In this document: positions 1-11,720 of the stretch, piece by piece
Layout: every line of letters begins with the position of its first letter
How positions within the stretch are numbered: position 1 is the first letter of the stretch
Notes under the pieces: generated by a model
Database searches by the model: none
What the model was told of the DNA's origin: nothing
The model's input: the letters and a program-made list of their open reading frames with translations, nothing else
Program-made: the position numbers and the translations under genes
Source of the DNA: Gekko japonicus
Taxonomy: Eukaryota
Direction of reading: 5' to 3'
Assembly (NCBI RefSeq): GCF_001447785.1
Contig: NW_015165830.1
Location: 2,535,303 to 2,599,302, forward strand
Length of the DNA stretch: 64,000 nt

Positions 1-53
1 TCCTGGAGTTTTGGCCCTGCTGGTGGACCTCCTGAGGGCACCTGGGTCTTGTC

Positions 54-206
54 CAGTGTTTCCTCTAAGTACAAGGTCGTTAACAGTTTTTTAGCCTCCG
101 GCTCATACATTTTTGTCTTAATTCAGGAAAGATGCCTCCAGAGCAAACTAATTTATGCAGTAGCCAAATTGCTCACTCATAGCTTTAATGCCAGTCGCTT
201 ACAAAG
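54..206 (+). mobile_element. Truncated copy of the ~206-bp hAT MITE family (CAGTGTTCCCTCTAAG termini)
   Basis: Starts cagtgtttcctctaag; internal ttagcctccggctcatacatttttgtctta...gagcaaactaatttatgcagtagccaaattgctc is shared with the copies at 1638, 36861 and 51573; right end missing. Confidence 0.75.
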
Positions 207-335
207 GAGCATCCCGGGATGCTCCTTTGGGGGAGAGCCTGGAAAGGAACATCACAGGAAGAGGTGGGGTTTTGGTGCAGTGTGCTGGAAGTGACATCAT
301 CGGAACGGGAAGTGACATCACTTGCCATTTGACCT

Positions 336-920
336 GGAAGTGACATCACAGGAAGTGACATCACAGGAAGTGACATCACAGGAAGTGACATCACAGGAAG
401 TGACATCACAGGAAGTGACATCACAGGAAGTGACATCACAGGAAGTGACATCACAGGAAGTGACATCACAGGAAGTGACATCACAGGAAGTGACATCACA
501 GGAAGTGACATCACAGGAAGTGACATCACAGGAAGTGACATCACAGGAAGTGACATCACAGGAAGTGACATCACAGGAAGTGACATCACAGGAAGTGACA
601 TCACAGGAAGTGACATCACAGGAAGTGACATCACAGGAAGTGACATCACAGGAAGTGACATCACAGGAAGTGACATCACAGGAAGTGACATCACAGGAAG
701 TGACATCACAGGAAGTGACATCACAGGAAGTGACATCACAGGAAGTGACATCACAGGAAGTGACATCACAGGAAGTGACATCACAGGAAGTGACATCACA
801 GGAAGTGACATCACAGGAAGTGATTGACCTGGAAGTGACATCACAGGAAGTGACATCACAGGAAGTGACATCACAGGAAGTGACATCACAGGAAGTGACA
901 TCACAGGAAGTGACATCACA
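336..920. repeat. Minisatellite, 39 x 15 bp (GGAAGTGACATCACA): 32 perfect units, 1 variant (816-830), 6 perfect units
   Basis: Directly visible; source of the repetitive SLPVM/DVTSC/EVTSQ ORFs; single precursor units at 287-300 and 308-321. Confidence 0.98.
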
Positions 921-1005
921 AAAGTCTCCTGGCTCCACCCCCAAAGTCTCCTGGCTCCACCCCCAAAGTCCTCAGATATTTCCGAATTTGGATTTGGCAA
1001 CCCTA
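921..1005. mobile_element. Right end of a non-autonomous DNA transposon (TGGCAACCCTA terminus, hAT/Blackjack-like) with a 22-bp duplication
   Basis: aaagtctcctggctccaccccc twice, then ...gatttggcaacccta; the same terminus occurs at 43343-43353 and 49808-49818. Confidence 0.6.
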
Positions 1006-1039
1006 GCAGTAATGATCATGGGGTACTCTGTGGACTGGT

Positions 1040-1420
1040 TAGAAGCAGAGAGGCTGTTTTAGATGAAGTCACACTCCACTTGAAAGGTCAGATTCAGATC
1101 ATGGAGGTGCTGCTCAACCTAGCCTGGCTCTTGGATTCCCAGGTGTTGGCTGTGGCCCAGATTGACAATGACTGGTTCTATAGCTTTTCACTGTCATTCG
1201 TACCCTAGTAACTGTTGCAGTGTGCTCTACAAGAGGCTGCTGATGAAGACAGATTGGGAATTATAACTTCTGCAAAATACTGCGGGCAGACTGACATTTA
1301 ACTCATCAAAACCATAGTATGCCTGTACCCAAAATAACTGCACTATCTACCTGTGCAGCTTTGGACCCAGATCTGTTGTATGTATAATGTCATTGGTGGT
1401 GACCTATGAGGCTGGAAGGA
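1040..1420 (+). mobile_element. Degraded L2-clade LINE fragment
   Basis: Decayed similarity to the L2 RT C-terminal region also present at 55374-55739. Confidence 0.45.
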
Positions 1421-1637
1421 AGGAATATCCTGGGAAATGTTAGCTCTGATCAAGGGCCTGTGGTTATTTTTATTTCTTGTTAGTACACTCTGTCCTGAAG
1501 ACACATGGCTAGATGCTGTAAAGGTGAAAGGAATCACAAATGTTTTCAAAAGACATACGTTAAGACATGAGAACTAAAAACTGGATGCAGCCCCAAACAG
1601 AACATCATCTCAAAATGAAAGTTGCAGGGGTTCAAGC

Positions 1638-1843
1638 CAAGGCTCCCTCTAAGCTGTGGAGTCCTGTGAGCAAAAATTCTACTTGGTGAGCTCCTGGCAT
1701 TAAAGTTGTGAGCGAGCGATTTGGCTGCTGCATGAATTAGTTTGCTCTGAAGCCCTCCTTCCTGAGCTAAGACAAAGATCTGTGAGCCGGAGGCTAAAAA
1801 ACCGTGAGCTAGCTCACACTAACTCAGCTTAGAGGGAACACTG
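1638..1843 (-). mobile_element. hAT MITE, 206 bp, 8-bp TSD gttcaagc
   Basis: TIRs caaggctccctctaagctg / cagcttagagggaacactg; gttcaagc at 1630-1637 and 1844-1851. Confidence 0.9.
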
Positions 1844-1982
1844 GTTCAAGCCCATCCGGAAGCTGCAATCGCTATCCTTCAGCATCATCGGTGTGTAGAC
1901 CAAGACATTGATTTCCTTTTGCTGTATTCCTCTAACCATCTAGTTCAGGTTGCTGAGACTGCATTTCTTTTGCATACTCCAG

Positions 1983-2111
1983 GTAGAGCAGGCAGCAACA
2001 GGGCTTCTGGCCCTTGGCTTGAAAAAAGGTGACCGACTAGGAATGTGGGGTCCGAACAAGTACGAATGGACCCTAATGCAATTCGCCACAGCTCATGCAG
2101 GAATCATCCTG
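1983..2111 (+). CDS. ACSF2: ACSF2 internal coding exon ([43 protein letters not shown])
   Basis: ccag|GTA...CTG|gtaag; 129 nt, phase 0/0; matches the ACSF2 AMP-binding domain segment [13 protein letters not shown]. Confidence 0.95.
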
Positions 2112-3145
2112 GTAAGTTGTTGTTGTTGTTTTTAATCCAAGGGCTGCCTACAGATGGGGAAGGGAGCCTGGATATGTAAAAAATGACCAGCCCCCAAAGA
2201 GGCTGGCCAGTCAGCCTGTTTCAAATGCCCCCTTTTCACCATCCTCTATCTTCCCCATCTACCCCCTCTCCATCCTTGAGCCCCCTCCTCCTCCTCCTCT
2301 CATAGCATAGTCCTGAGAAAAGCAGTTCCTTTCACCTGTTGCAGTTCCTCTGCCTGCTAATGAGCTGAGCATGTTTCCTTAGCTTGGTGCCATGTAAAAC
2401 ACTTCATGTGCTCAGGGCTTGTTGGGGCTGCTTATGCTCCTGGTGCTACCCCAGGGGGTGCTGGGTGGGTATGAAGTGAAGTTGTTTTGTTCCCCCCCCC
2501 CCGTCTGTAGCCCCTGTGGACTCTTCCTTCATCTCTGCTTTGTGTAGCACAGGTCAGTTTTCTTCCCTCCCTCAATTTCCTTCCTGACTCTTCATGTACC
2601 CAGATCAACTGGGTTGCACGGGCTGCTCCCAACCTCCTCCCCAGCTGATGTAGAGGCTGGTCTCCCTTCGTGCTTTCAGCTGGCTCAACCACAAAAAGCA
2701 CATAGGGAGAAAAGGTACCACACAGTGCTTCCAACCTGCAGTACTCAGCTAATGAAAGGCACAGCCCACTTGTTTCTCTCTGCAGGCTGCTGGATTAGTA
2801 GCCCACCCCCAGCAGAGCCTGCAAGTAATAGAATGGGGGCAACTTTACATACTGGTAAATTTTCATGTGAGTTGATGATGACACCCACACCCCTTTGTAA
2901 AGCCAAAAAAGTAAAAAAAGATTGCCTTCCTTTTGAGTAATATGGTATTAAAGTGTTTGCATTTTATAAAAAGTAATTGCATTCTTTGTATAGAGAGGAA
3001 TGATCTGGCTTTTCTTTTCCTCATGAAAAGAAACACAAAAAGTTGCATACTTTCCCACCAGTATGCATTGGTCCAACAAAAGGGAGTCTCCGACCAATTC
3101 CACACTGACATTGTTGCCACTCGTTTTTCCCTATTGCTTTGGTTC

Positions 3146-3416
3146 CAGTTTGGTGTAGTGGTTAAGTGTGCGGACTCTAATCTGGGAGAACCGGGTTTGA
3201 TTCCCCACTCCTCCACTTGCAGCTGCTGGATGACCTTGGGCAAGCCATAGTTCTATCAGAGCTGTTCTCTCAAGGGCATTTCTGAAAAGAGCTCTCTCAG
3301 CCCCACTTACCTCACAGGGTGTCTGTTGTGGGGAGGGGAAGGGAAAGGAGTTTGTAAGCCACTGTGAGACTCCGAATGAAGGGCGGGGTATAAATCCAAT
3401 CCCTTCTTCTTCTTCT
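3146..3416 (+). mobile_element. tRNA-derived SINE (Squam3/Ther1-like) with (TTC)n tail
   Basis: A-box tggtgtagtggt, B-box-like ggtttgattcc, core ctctctcagccccac...cctcacagggtg, tail tataaatccaat(cttc)n; 4 similar copies in the window. Confidence 0.85.
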
Positions 3417-3531
3417 CCCCCCTCCCTTTTTCCACAGGTGCTTTGCTCCCTCTGGGACTACTAGAGAGAGCAAATACTTTTTTGGGGGGGACCCTGAAGC
3501 AATAGGGACAAACAAATGACATAAATATCAG

Positions 3532-3899
3532 CAGGGCTTTTTTGGTAGAAAAAGCCCAGCAGGAACTCATTAGCATAATAGGCCACACCCAACAGCAGAA
3601 ACTCATTAGCATTTTAGGCCCCCCCCTGACAGCACACCTCATTAGCACATTATGCCACCCCCCCATGCTGTCCCTTGGCTTGCCCGGGCAAGCCGTCCCT
3701 TGGACAGGCTGGGGAAGGCATGGGGAGGTATTTAAATGCCTCCCCAATGCTTCCAGCCCCCCCCCGGCCCATCCGTTTCAGATTTGCCAGGGGGGGGTCA
3801 CTCTCCAGGCCTTCCCTCTGTAGCCACGCATGCAGAGGTTTTGGCTGCAGTAGGTCTGGCCAACTCTGGAGCCAGCTGGAACTCGGTTCCGGTGCATTC
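3532..3899 (+). mobile_element. hAT-like MITE family (CAGGGCTTTTTT terminus); right end lost in an assembly gap
   Basis: Homologous to the full copy at 53975-54352. Confidence 0.8.
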
Positions 3900-4101
3900 N
3901 NNNNNNNNNNNNNNNNNNNCAGTGTGGAATTGGTCTCCATCTAAGACAGCTAGATCTGAGACCAGTAGCTCCTTAGAGACCAACAAGATTTTCAGGGTGT
4001 AAGCTTTTGAGAATGCAAGCTCCCTTTGTCAGGTAGCACTTGAATCTAACTGTTCTACTGCAGACCAACACAGCAACCCTCTGATACTATCCATCTAAGA
4101 C

Positions 4102-4619
4102 TAGGTATGGGAACAAACCAAACCACAAAGCTAAATTCGTCATGAATGTTGCCGTTTGTGGTTCACAAACAGAAATTCGTGACAGGTCTACCATCACGAA
4201 CTTCCATGAACTTTCAAAGCAGTTTGTGGTGGTTTGTGGTGGTGCATGGATAGAGCAGAAAGCAGGGGTTTACAGTCCCTTTTAAACCCTGCTTTCTGTT
4301 CCCTGTGAAAGCTGCAAATAGAGCTGAGCAGCCGGGAGGTGCTCCCCACCTCTCTGCTGTTTCGGGCTGCATTCTGCAGTCCCATTAAAGTTTAACAGGT
4401 CTACAGAAGACAGTCCAAAACAGCTGTGGGGAGCAGGCTGGTCCCAGTCGCTCAGCTGTTTTTGGCTTTTTGCAAACCCTGTTTAAAGGGACTGCGGTCC
4501 CTTTCAATGGGGTTTGCAGGGCCAGAAACCACGGACTGGTTCAGTTCGCAAATGAACCTCCCAGTTCGATCTGGTTTGTGGTTCAGTTCATGGTTTGGCC
4601 CGGTTCGTGCCCATCCCTA
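4102..4619. mobile_element. hAT (Ac-like TAGGGATG terminus) non-autonomous element, 8-bp TSD tctaagac
   Basis: taggtatgggaacaaacc ... ggttcgtgcccatcccta; tctaagac at 4094-4101 and 4620-4627. Confidence 0.85.
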
Positions 4620-4969
4620 TCTAAGACTGATTTTGTAAGTGTCACTTGCAGTGCTTTTGTGTTTCTCTTCTCTATTGGTGATCATGCACAAAGGACAGAA
4701 ATATACTTTTAAATTTGTGTGTAAAATGTTATAGATTGATGCAAGAAAGTGGATATACAATTGCATTCTGGTGTGTCTTCAATTTTTGTGTTATCTTTGA
4801 ACACACAAATGCATTTTTGGTGCTCAGCCACCATTTTTTTCATAGATGTACAAGCATAATCCCATTATGAATGGGGTTTCTAACATTGGCCAAATTTGCA
4901 TGCTTCATTTTACAAACTCAGTAATATAGGATCTCTGACTTCTCGACCCAGCCTATCATTGTGTTACAG

Positions 4970-5388
4970 CAGAGGTCCCTAACCTTTTCAATCCTGTGGG
5001 AGCCTTTAGAATTTTGAGAGAGGGTAGTGAGCACTGCCCAAGAATGGGTGATACAGGAGGTGCAGCCAGATCTACAATGGAGCCAAATGCAATGCTTCTC
5101 TTCTTGCTTTGCAAAAGAATTTCAGAAGGGGAATAAAAAGAAGCAAAAGAAAGCCCAAGGGGAGAGGGACAAACATGAGGAGGAATAAAAAGAAGGAAAG
5201 CCTGAAGGGGGAATGAAACCACACACAGACTAAGGAAGGCCTGGGTGCTTACCAGTGTTCCTGATCCTCCAGTAGTTGTGGCTGTTGTTGTAACAGTGAA
5301 AAACCTCATTTGAATGAGGGCAGCCTGGTTTACAATGGCCCTGCCCACTTTCTAAAAAGCTCAGCCGAAGTCACATTGGGGAACCCTG
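4970..5388 (+). mobile_element. hAT-Charlie-like non-autonomous element
   Basis: cagaggtccctaaccttt ... ttggggaaccctg termini; related to the element at 13011; no clear TSD. Confidence 0.55.
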
Positions 5389-5452
5389 TCTTTCAACACA
5401 CATTTTGAGGATAAAATATTTGATTCCTTTTGCCATTTCTTCATTTTTCCAG

Positions 5453-5506
5453 GTTTCTGTGAACCCAGCATATCAAGCTAATGAGCTGGATTTTGTGCTG
5501 AAAAAG
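5453..5506 (+). CDS. ACSF2: ACSF2 coding exon (VSVNPAYQANELDFVLKK)
   Basis: tttttccag|GTT...AAG|gtatg; 54 nt, phase 0/0; VNPAY motif of ACSF2. Confidence 0.95.
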
Positions 5507-6249
5507 GTATGAAAAACCTACTGCAGTCACAGATTTTTGCAGTCTCTACAGCATTTCTGAAAGTGCTGGATGATTTGGCTATATATAGTGTTTGTTAGAG
5601 TAACTTGGTTTGGAAAGAGGTATAGAAAAATGAAACTCAGGTGAGCAGTAGGGAANNNNNNNNNNGCTAAAGTGTTTTGAGCATTTTAATATAGAAAAAA
5701 AAGATGATTAGGGGGTACAGGAGAGAAAGATTTACTTCACACTCCCACAAATGCGTGCTGGAATTTCTCAGCTACAAATTCCAGTATGGTAAGCCATGTT
5801 GTCCTATTTCAGCAAAAAGAAAATAAGAGATTAACAGGTTTCTTGAAATGAGTCCGCTTCACCAGATGTGTGAAGTGACTGAGACTTACATAGAAGAAAA
5901 AAACGTTGGGAAGAAAGGCTTAAAAGACCTTGTTTATGACATTTCTATGCAGAGTTTTCAGGAATAATCACTATGCTTATCTAAGTCCTTTTGAATTTTG
6001 TACAGAAGTGTCANNNNNNNNNNNNNNNNNNNNNNNNNNNNNNNNNNNNNNNNNNNNNNNNNNNNNNNNNNNNNNNNNNNNNNNNNNNNNNNNNNNNNNN
6101 NNNNNNNNNNNNNNNNNNNNNNNNNNNNNNNNNNNNNNNNNNNNNNNNNNNNNNNNNNATCTTGCCCGAGAACTCACTTCATGCATCTGATAAAGCAGGC
6201 TCAGGTCGATGAAAACTTATGTTGCAATACATTTTTAGTTTTGGTCTTC

Positions 6250-6620
6250 AGATGAAGTCCACTGGCAGCTGATGGACAAAAACACTTTTGCAGAATTCAA
6301 TACCTTATGATGTGGTGATGGCCATTATCTTAGATGACTATTTTTAAAGGAGCGAATTTAGAGTCCAGTGTCATTTAAAGGATTAGACAAATTCATCGGA
6401 GGATTGGTCCATCAGTGGCTATTACCGTGATACCAAAATGGAACTTCTTTGTTCAGAGATCGTATGCCTGCAAGTTCCAGATGCTGGAGACAAGCCACAG
6501 TAGAAGGCTGCCTCTATCATGCCGTATGTATGCTCTTCCCAGGGACAACTGGCTGGCAAATGTTGGGAGACAGACTGCTAGACTAAGTAGACATATGTTC
6601 AAACCATGCAAAGCAAAAGC
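6250..6620 (+). mobile_element. Old CR1 LINE 3' fragment
   Basis: gatgtggtgatggcc...ggattagacaaattcat resembles the CR1 3' ends at 43354-44278. Confidence 0.55.
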
Positions 6621-7598
6621 TTTTGCAATAGTTTGTATAGGACAGTACTTTGTATTTACAACCAGGAGGAAGGGAATTATTCTATACAGATCAAGCCTGA
6701 TCATCCACATCTAATTACTTGAATTGTCTGGGTTTACTGAATGACAATATTCTTTACATGCCCGAAGTCTTCCCAAGGAGGGCTCTTGAAGTGGAAAAGT
6801 CTGCAATGTCTCTTGATGTAGAAAAGTGAGAGGCTGCTGAGTAAAGACTAACAATCTAATAGCAAAATACTGTGCACTAGGAAAGACCGTATATTATCTG
6901 TAGTGCTAGGTGAAACCAAAGGTCTAGAAAAGGGAAATTCCACTCTGAGGTGTCTCTCATAGTAAAGACCGACATTAGCATGTGTTAGCAGAGTCTCCAG
7001 GTAGCATTTATCTGTCTCTACAGAGAGACACATCATTTCATGAGGCTGTATGAGCAGAACACAAATCTACATTAAAGGGAAGATCAAATGTTTGGTTCCA
7101 GTCAAGGCTGTGGTCTGTTTTGGCACAGCCAAATTATTTTCAGTGGAGGCAGAGACTCAGTGTCCCGTTTGGGAATCCTGCACCAGAAATAAAACTACAA
7201 TAAGCTGTGAGCAATCTGGCACAAGACTCCTGCTAGACCAGATGAAATATATATCTAGTAATATATTCTGTTTCCCAAGCTGTCTCTCCAGATGTTTTTG
7301 GAGCCAGCCAGGTCGGGATTCCACAAATGAGTCCAGAAGTACTTACTTTTGTTTGTCCTGAGCTATTGCCAATCAATTTCACTGGGTGATTGAGAACACA
7401 ATGCACAAAAGGGGACAATTTGTGATGCTAATACAAAGGGTTTTCCTTGATTATAACCAAACAGGTAAAAAAAGATTAAGGGTGAACTCAGGTTACTGAG
7501 CCCCCCCCCTGAAATTTGCTGAGAGTCATTCCACATGTCCCCAAGTTGTGATACAGCAGTCATTAACCCATTGAGTAGCTAATGCTGTGTCCCAAGAG

Positions 7599-8253
7599 CA
7601 GGTCTGTAGCCAGGATTTATTAAATGGGGGGGGGCTTTAAATAATTCAGGGGGCACTGAAATTAAAATAAAAAGGGTTTGAATCAGGGCCTTCCAAAGAG
7701 TTGACTTCCAGCCCCAACTGAGTCCAGGTGCACTCTGGGGGGGGGACAGTTTTGAAGTTCCCCTTCCCTTGCCCCCGCTGCTCAGACACAGGGCTGAAAC
7801 ATGAGTTGTCATCCTGGAGCCCCGGGATGAAGGAGCACGCCTGCCTAGTCTGTGTGTGGACACCCCGCCACCAGGGGGCCCGCTCCCTGCTCCAGAAAGA
7901 GGGTCTGCAGCCCCCACTGCGCCTCACCGTTGTGGTGGGCGGCAGGTGGGCGGGCAGGCAGGGGTGCTCGCTCACTCTGTCCAGCATGGGAGGGACTGGC
8001 TGGGGCTGGAGACAGTGAGGCGGCCACCAGGAGCAGCCTGGCCAGGGGCGGAGTGGAGCACCATGGGGTAAGGCAAGGAGAGGGAGGAGGGCTGCACTGG
8101 GCCACTGGGCACTCTGCCCACTGGCCAGCCAGTGAGCTCATCTCATCTGGGGCCCGCCTGGTTGCCTGCCTGCCCAGGGTAGTAAGTTGGGGGGGCTCTG
8201 ATGGAAAGTCGTGGGGCTGGGCCCAGAAATGATCCAATGTAGCTATGGGCCTG
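7599..8253. mobile_element. GC-rich hAT non-autonomous element, 8-bp TSD cccaagag
   Basis: caggtctgtagc ... gctatgggcctg imperfect TIRs; cccaagag at 7591-7598 and 8254-8261. Confidence 0.85.
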
Positions 8254-9599
8254 CCCAAGAGAGACAGAGAGCAAAACAAAATCCCAATATTTAATGTGGA
8301 AATTAGTAATTCAAAGCTTAACTATACAATACATTGTGTATGGGCTCACTCCATGTCTACCGTGAGTCCTGTCAACCAGACATGCAATAGGACATGAAAC
8401 TTAATTCTCAATTATGCAAAGGCACACTTCAGATTGGGGCTAAGGTGGTCAGGGAGACGAAGTTTATACTCCTCCCACTAGTTCCCCAGACTGAAATGGC
8501 TCCCAGGAGTTTCCATTTCCCCCTTTAATGAAACTAACATGTATCGATAGATTTTCATGTAAATTTCCCCAGCAGGGCAAATGGTGCCTCTCCAGGGTTC
8601 TTTCTATTCATAAAAATTGTATATGTGGAAAGATTTAAGTTTCCAGGCACCATGGTCCTGATCTGCCCAAAAACAATGTATTGTGTAGTTAGGCCCTCAT
8701 TTCCCTAAGCAATTTTGATCGTTGCCAGGCAGGGAAGATAGCATGGACTAGCCCAATCCAGTTTCTTTTGTTTAGTAGAGAGAGATTAAAACTCTTGTGT
8801 ATTTTGTGAATAAAATTAATCCTGCCAGGATGAAAAGGCCCTTTGTGCTTGTTTGTCTTGTTTAGCTTTAGAGCTCAGAACCTCAAATTCAAATACAATT
8901 CAGAGATCAAATACAAATGTGGCAGTTCATGTTCCCGTGCTATGTGCTGGCTGGCCTCCTTGCTTTCCCGCATGCTGTGGGAAACACTTTGGAAACTATA
9001 AGAAAGTCAGAATCAGTCCTAAATAAGCCTTTTGTTGAACAGGCAAATTTGTATAGTTCCAGTTTGACCTGTGAAATTTGTATCGTTTTTTTAGTTCATT
9101 TATGACTTCTTCCCATCAAGTTTTTGTTTAAACCAAGCATTTAATATGCACTGTAATGGTGCAATACTACTCAGTTATACCCTCCTAAACCCATTGACTT
9201 CAATGGATTTAGAGGGATACAATCTAAACGATCTGATATTTCCTAGCTTTAGAGTGCACACTTTTCACTTAGTTTTATTTTAAAATTTATTTAAAACACT
9301 TGTAATACACTGTTTTCTGGAAAAAGAGAGAATGGCTTACAGAGAATTAAGATTCGAAAACATGCCAATATGTTAAAACAACTACCCATTCAAATAACAT
9401 AAGTAATTAAAACACAGGACCTAAATAAAAACTCATCATAAAGTCAGACTTTACACTTACTACTTAACCACCCTTGAAAGCCCTCTTGAGCAGAGGACCA
9501 GTGAAATAAATGTACTAGACAGAACAACAATAGGATGGCAAATGAGGGGCATGTGTGGCGATTAAGGGCCCGAGGGAGGAGAGGGTTGCTGGAGATGTA

Positions 9600-10042
9600 A
9601 ACACATTATAGGTGTCTTTATACCAATGCTCTCTGAGCCAAGATGAGGGAGCTGGAGTGCTTGGTGCTTAATGCAAATTCAGATATAGTAGGTATTTCAG
9701 AATAAGGAAAATCTATGGGATACAATCATTCCTGCGTATAAACTCTATAGGCAGGACAGGGAGGGATGGGTTGGGGGGCGGTATTATGTTGTGTATCAAA
9801 GACGGCATAGAATCCAACAAGTTAGGAAACATCTGGGGAATTAACTCCCCAACAGACATGGGTGGAAATACTGGGCCCTAAGGGTTACTTAAATGTGGAG
9901 GTGTAATATCCCCCACCTGATCAAACTGTTGAGGCTGATCTTGAGATGGAGAAGGAAATAAGGGAGGTGACTAAAGGAAATAATGCTATTATACTATATT
10001 ATATTATACTATTATAATATTATACTATATATTATAGGCGAC
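9600..10042 (+). mobile_element. CR1 ORF2 endonuclease N-terminal fragment with an internal AT-rich microsatellite (9987-10035)
   Basis: Colinear with 40010-40430 (gagctggagtgcttg, gtaggtatttcagaa, cacctgatcaaa). Confidence 0.7.
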
Positions 10043-10198
10043 TACCTAACTGGCCTCTATGGTCGCATCGGCCCTGTTACCACACCTACCCCAGCGAGTC
10101 ATGAGGAATTCTGCTCACTGTTTTCTCTGCAGTATACTATTTTATAACCTGTTTTCCAAGATACTTTCTGTATCCTGATGTCCCTTCTGTTTCTTTAG

Positions 10199-10317
10199 GT
10201 TGGCTGCAAAGCAATGGTGTTTCCCACGCAATTTAAAACACAGAAATACTATGAGATCTTGAAACAAGTTTGCCCAGAGCTGGGACTGTCTAATCCTGGA
10301 GCACTAAAAAGCAAGAA
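10199..10317 (+). CDS. ACSF2: ACSF2 coding exon (VGCKAMVFPTQFKTQKYYEILKQVCPELGLSNPGALKSK)
   Basis: ttctttag|GTT...AAG AA|gtaag; 119 nt, phase 0/2. Confidence 0.95.
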
Positions 10318-10859
10318 GTAAGTGCTACTTGTGCCTCACCTCACAGGCCACTTCCAAGCCCAGTTCTTATGCACTGTTTTAACCATGGTAAGGTGCCACA
10401 TTTGTCAGGCATGCATCAAAGTAAATGTCAAGGTGAGGGTGATCAGGAGCCATGTGCTAAAGGGAAATTTGATGTTAGTAAAGCTTGCTCCAGTTCTGGC
10501 ACTGTTTCACTGCTTGCCACATTTTCTTCTATGCAGTTTTCAATAGTGCAGAAGACCTAAGTCAGTAAAGACTGGATATGTGAAAAATATGTAAATGTAT
10601 CCAGAACCACAGACCCATGAGAATGTTACAGAAAATATGCATAGCTGGAAACACAGATCTTAAAACCAAATTGTATTCAACACTCTCAAACTTCCACAAG
10701 TTAAACAAGTATATAAAACTAATCTGTATAATTGTATCAAGCGGTTCCCATAGCAGTAGAATTTCAGAGAGTTTGGTCCACACCCCAGCAGCCTGTTCCC
10801 AGACTATATTCCTGTTTTCTCTTTTCCTCTGCTATTGACCATTCTGTCCACTGTATCAG

Positions 10860-11022
10860 CCTACCAGAGCTTTCAGTTGTAATCACCCTGGACTCCAAGC
10901 TTCCTGGCGCATTCCAGATGGCTGATGTGATGCAGGCTGGAGACAGCAGCCACAAGAAGCAGCTGCAGGACATACGGAAGACGCTGGTCTGCCAAGAGCC
11001 CATCAACATCCAGTTCACTTCG
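10860..11022 (+). CDS. ACSF2: ACSF2 coding exon (LPELSVVITLDSKLPG...CQEPINIQFTS)
   Basis: atcag|C CTA...ACT TCG|gtggg; 163 nt, phase 2/0; begins the AMP-binding signature IQFTSGTTG.PKG. Confidence 0.95.
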
Positions 11023-11235
11023 GTGGGTACAGCATGCGCCATTTTGTCACCATTTGTATTCAGAAAATACAAGCGGTGATGTCAGGAATAGCATACTGTG
11101 TGCCGTAAGAACTTAGAATTTAGAAGCTAAAAAATAGTTGTACAAACCACATACATTTGGTTTATATTTATTTTGGGGGGACAATTTCTTTTCTTTTAGA
11201 ATAGTTGGGGTTTGCAGAATCTGGAATATCTTGAG

Positions 11236-11720
11236 ATGGGTGTGTGTTAAGTGCTGTGAAGTCACTTCCAGTTTGTAGCAACCCTATGAATTGACATAGA
11301 GTTGGACTCGACTGTGCGGCTGAACAACAACAACAACATGAATTAACAACCTCCAAAACATCCGAATTTTGAGAGCCTTGGTCAAGTCTTGCAAACTGAA
11401 GACCATGGCTTCCTTTATTGAGTCATTCCATCTCATGCTGGGTCTTCCTCTTTTCCTGCTGCCTTCAACTTTTCCCAGTATTTGTGTCTTTTCTAGTGAG
11501 TCTTGTCTTCTCATAATGTGACCAAGTTAAATAGCCTCAGTTTAGTCATTTGAGCTTCTAGGGAGAGTTCACTGATTTGTCTTTTTGGTGGTCCGCAGTA
11601 TCCATAAAACTTTCATCCAACACAGCTTTTAAAATGAATCTATTTTCTTCCAGTCAGTTTTCTTCATTGTCCAACTTTCACACCTGTATATAGTAATAGG
11701 AATACTAAGGCATGAATTAG
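11236..11720 (-). mobile_element. RTE/BovB-clade LINE 3' fragment
   Basis: Minus ORF MRRQDSLEKTQILGKVEGSRKRGRPSMRWNDSI is the typical RTE ORF2 C-terminus. Confidence 0.8.

Noticed and set aside
336-920. CRISPR-like array
   Set aside because: No unique spacers; head-to-tail repeat in eukaryotic DNA
185-1062. Three long repetitive ORFs (SLPVM, DVTSC, EVTSQ)
   Set aside because: By-products of a 15-bp repeat that is stop-free in these frames; the nucleotide units are identical with no synonymous variation; intronic
3146-3220. tRNA gene
   Set aside because: Only A/B boxes of a SINE head; continues into SINE body and tail
5930-6255. ORFs spanning N runs (also near 3900, 16060, 25700, 38020 and 38700)
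   Set aside because: Artefacts of assembly gaps
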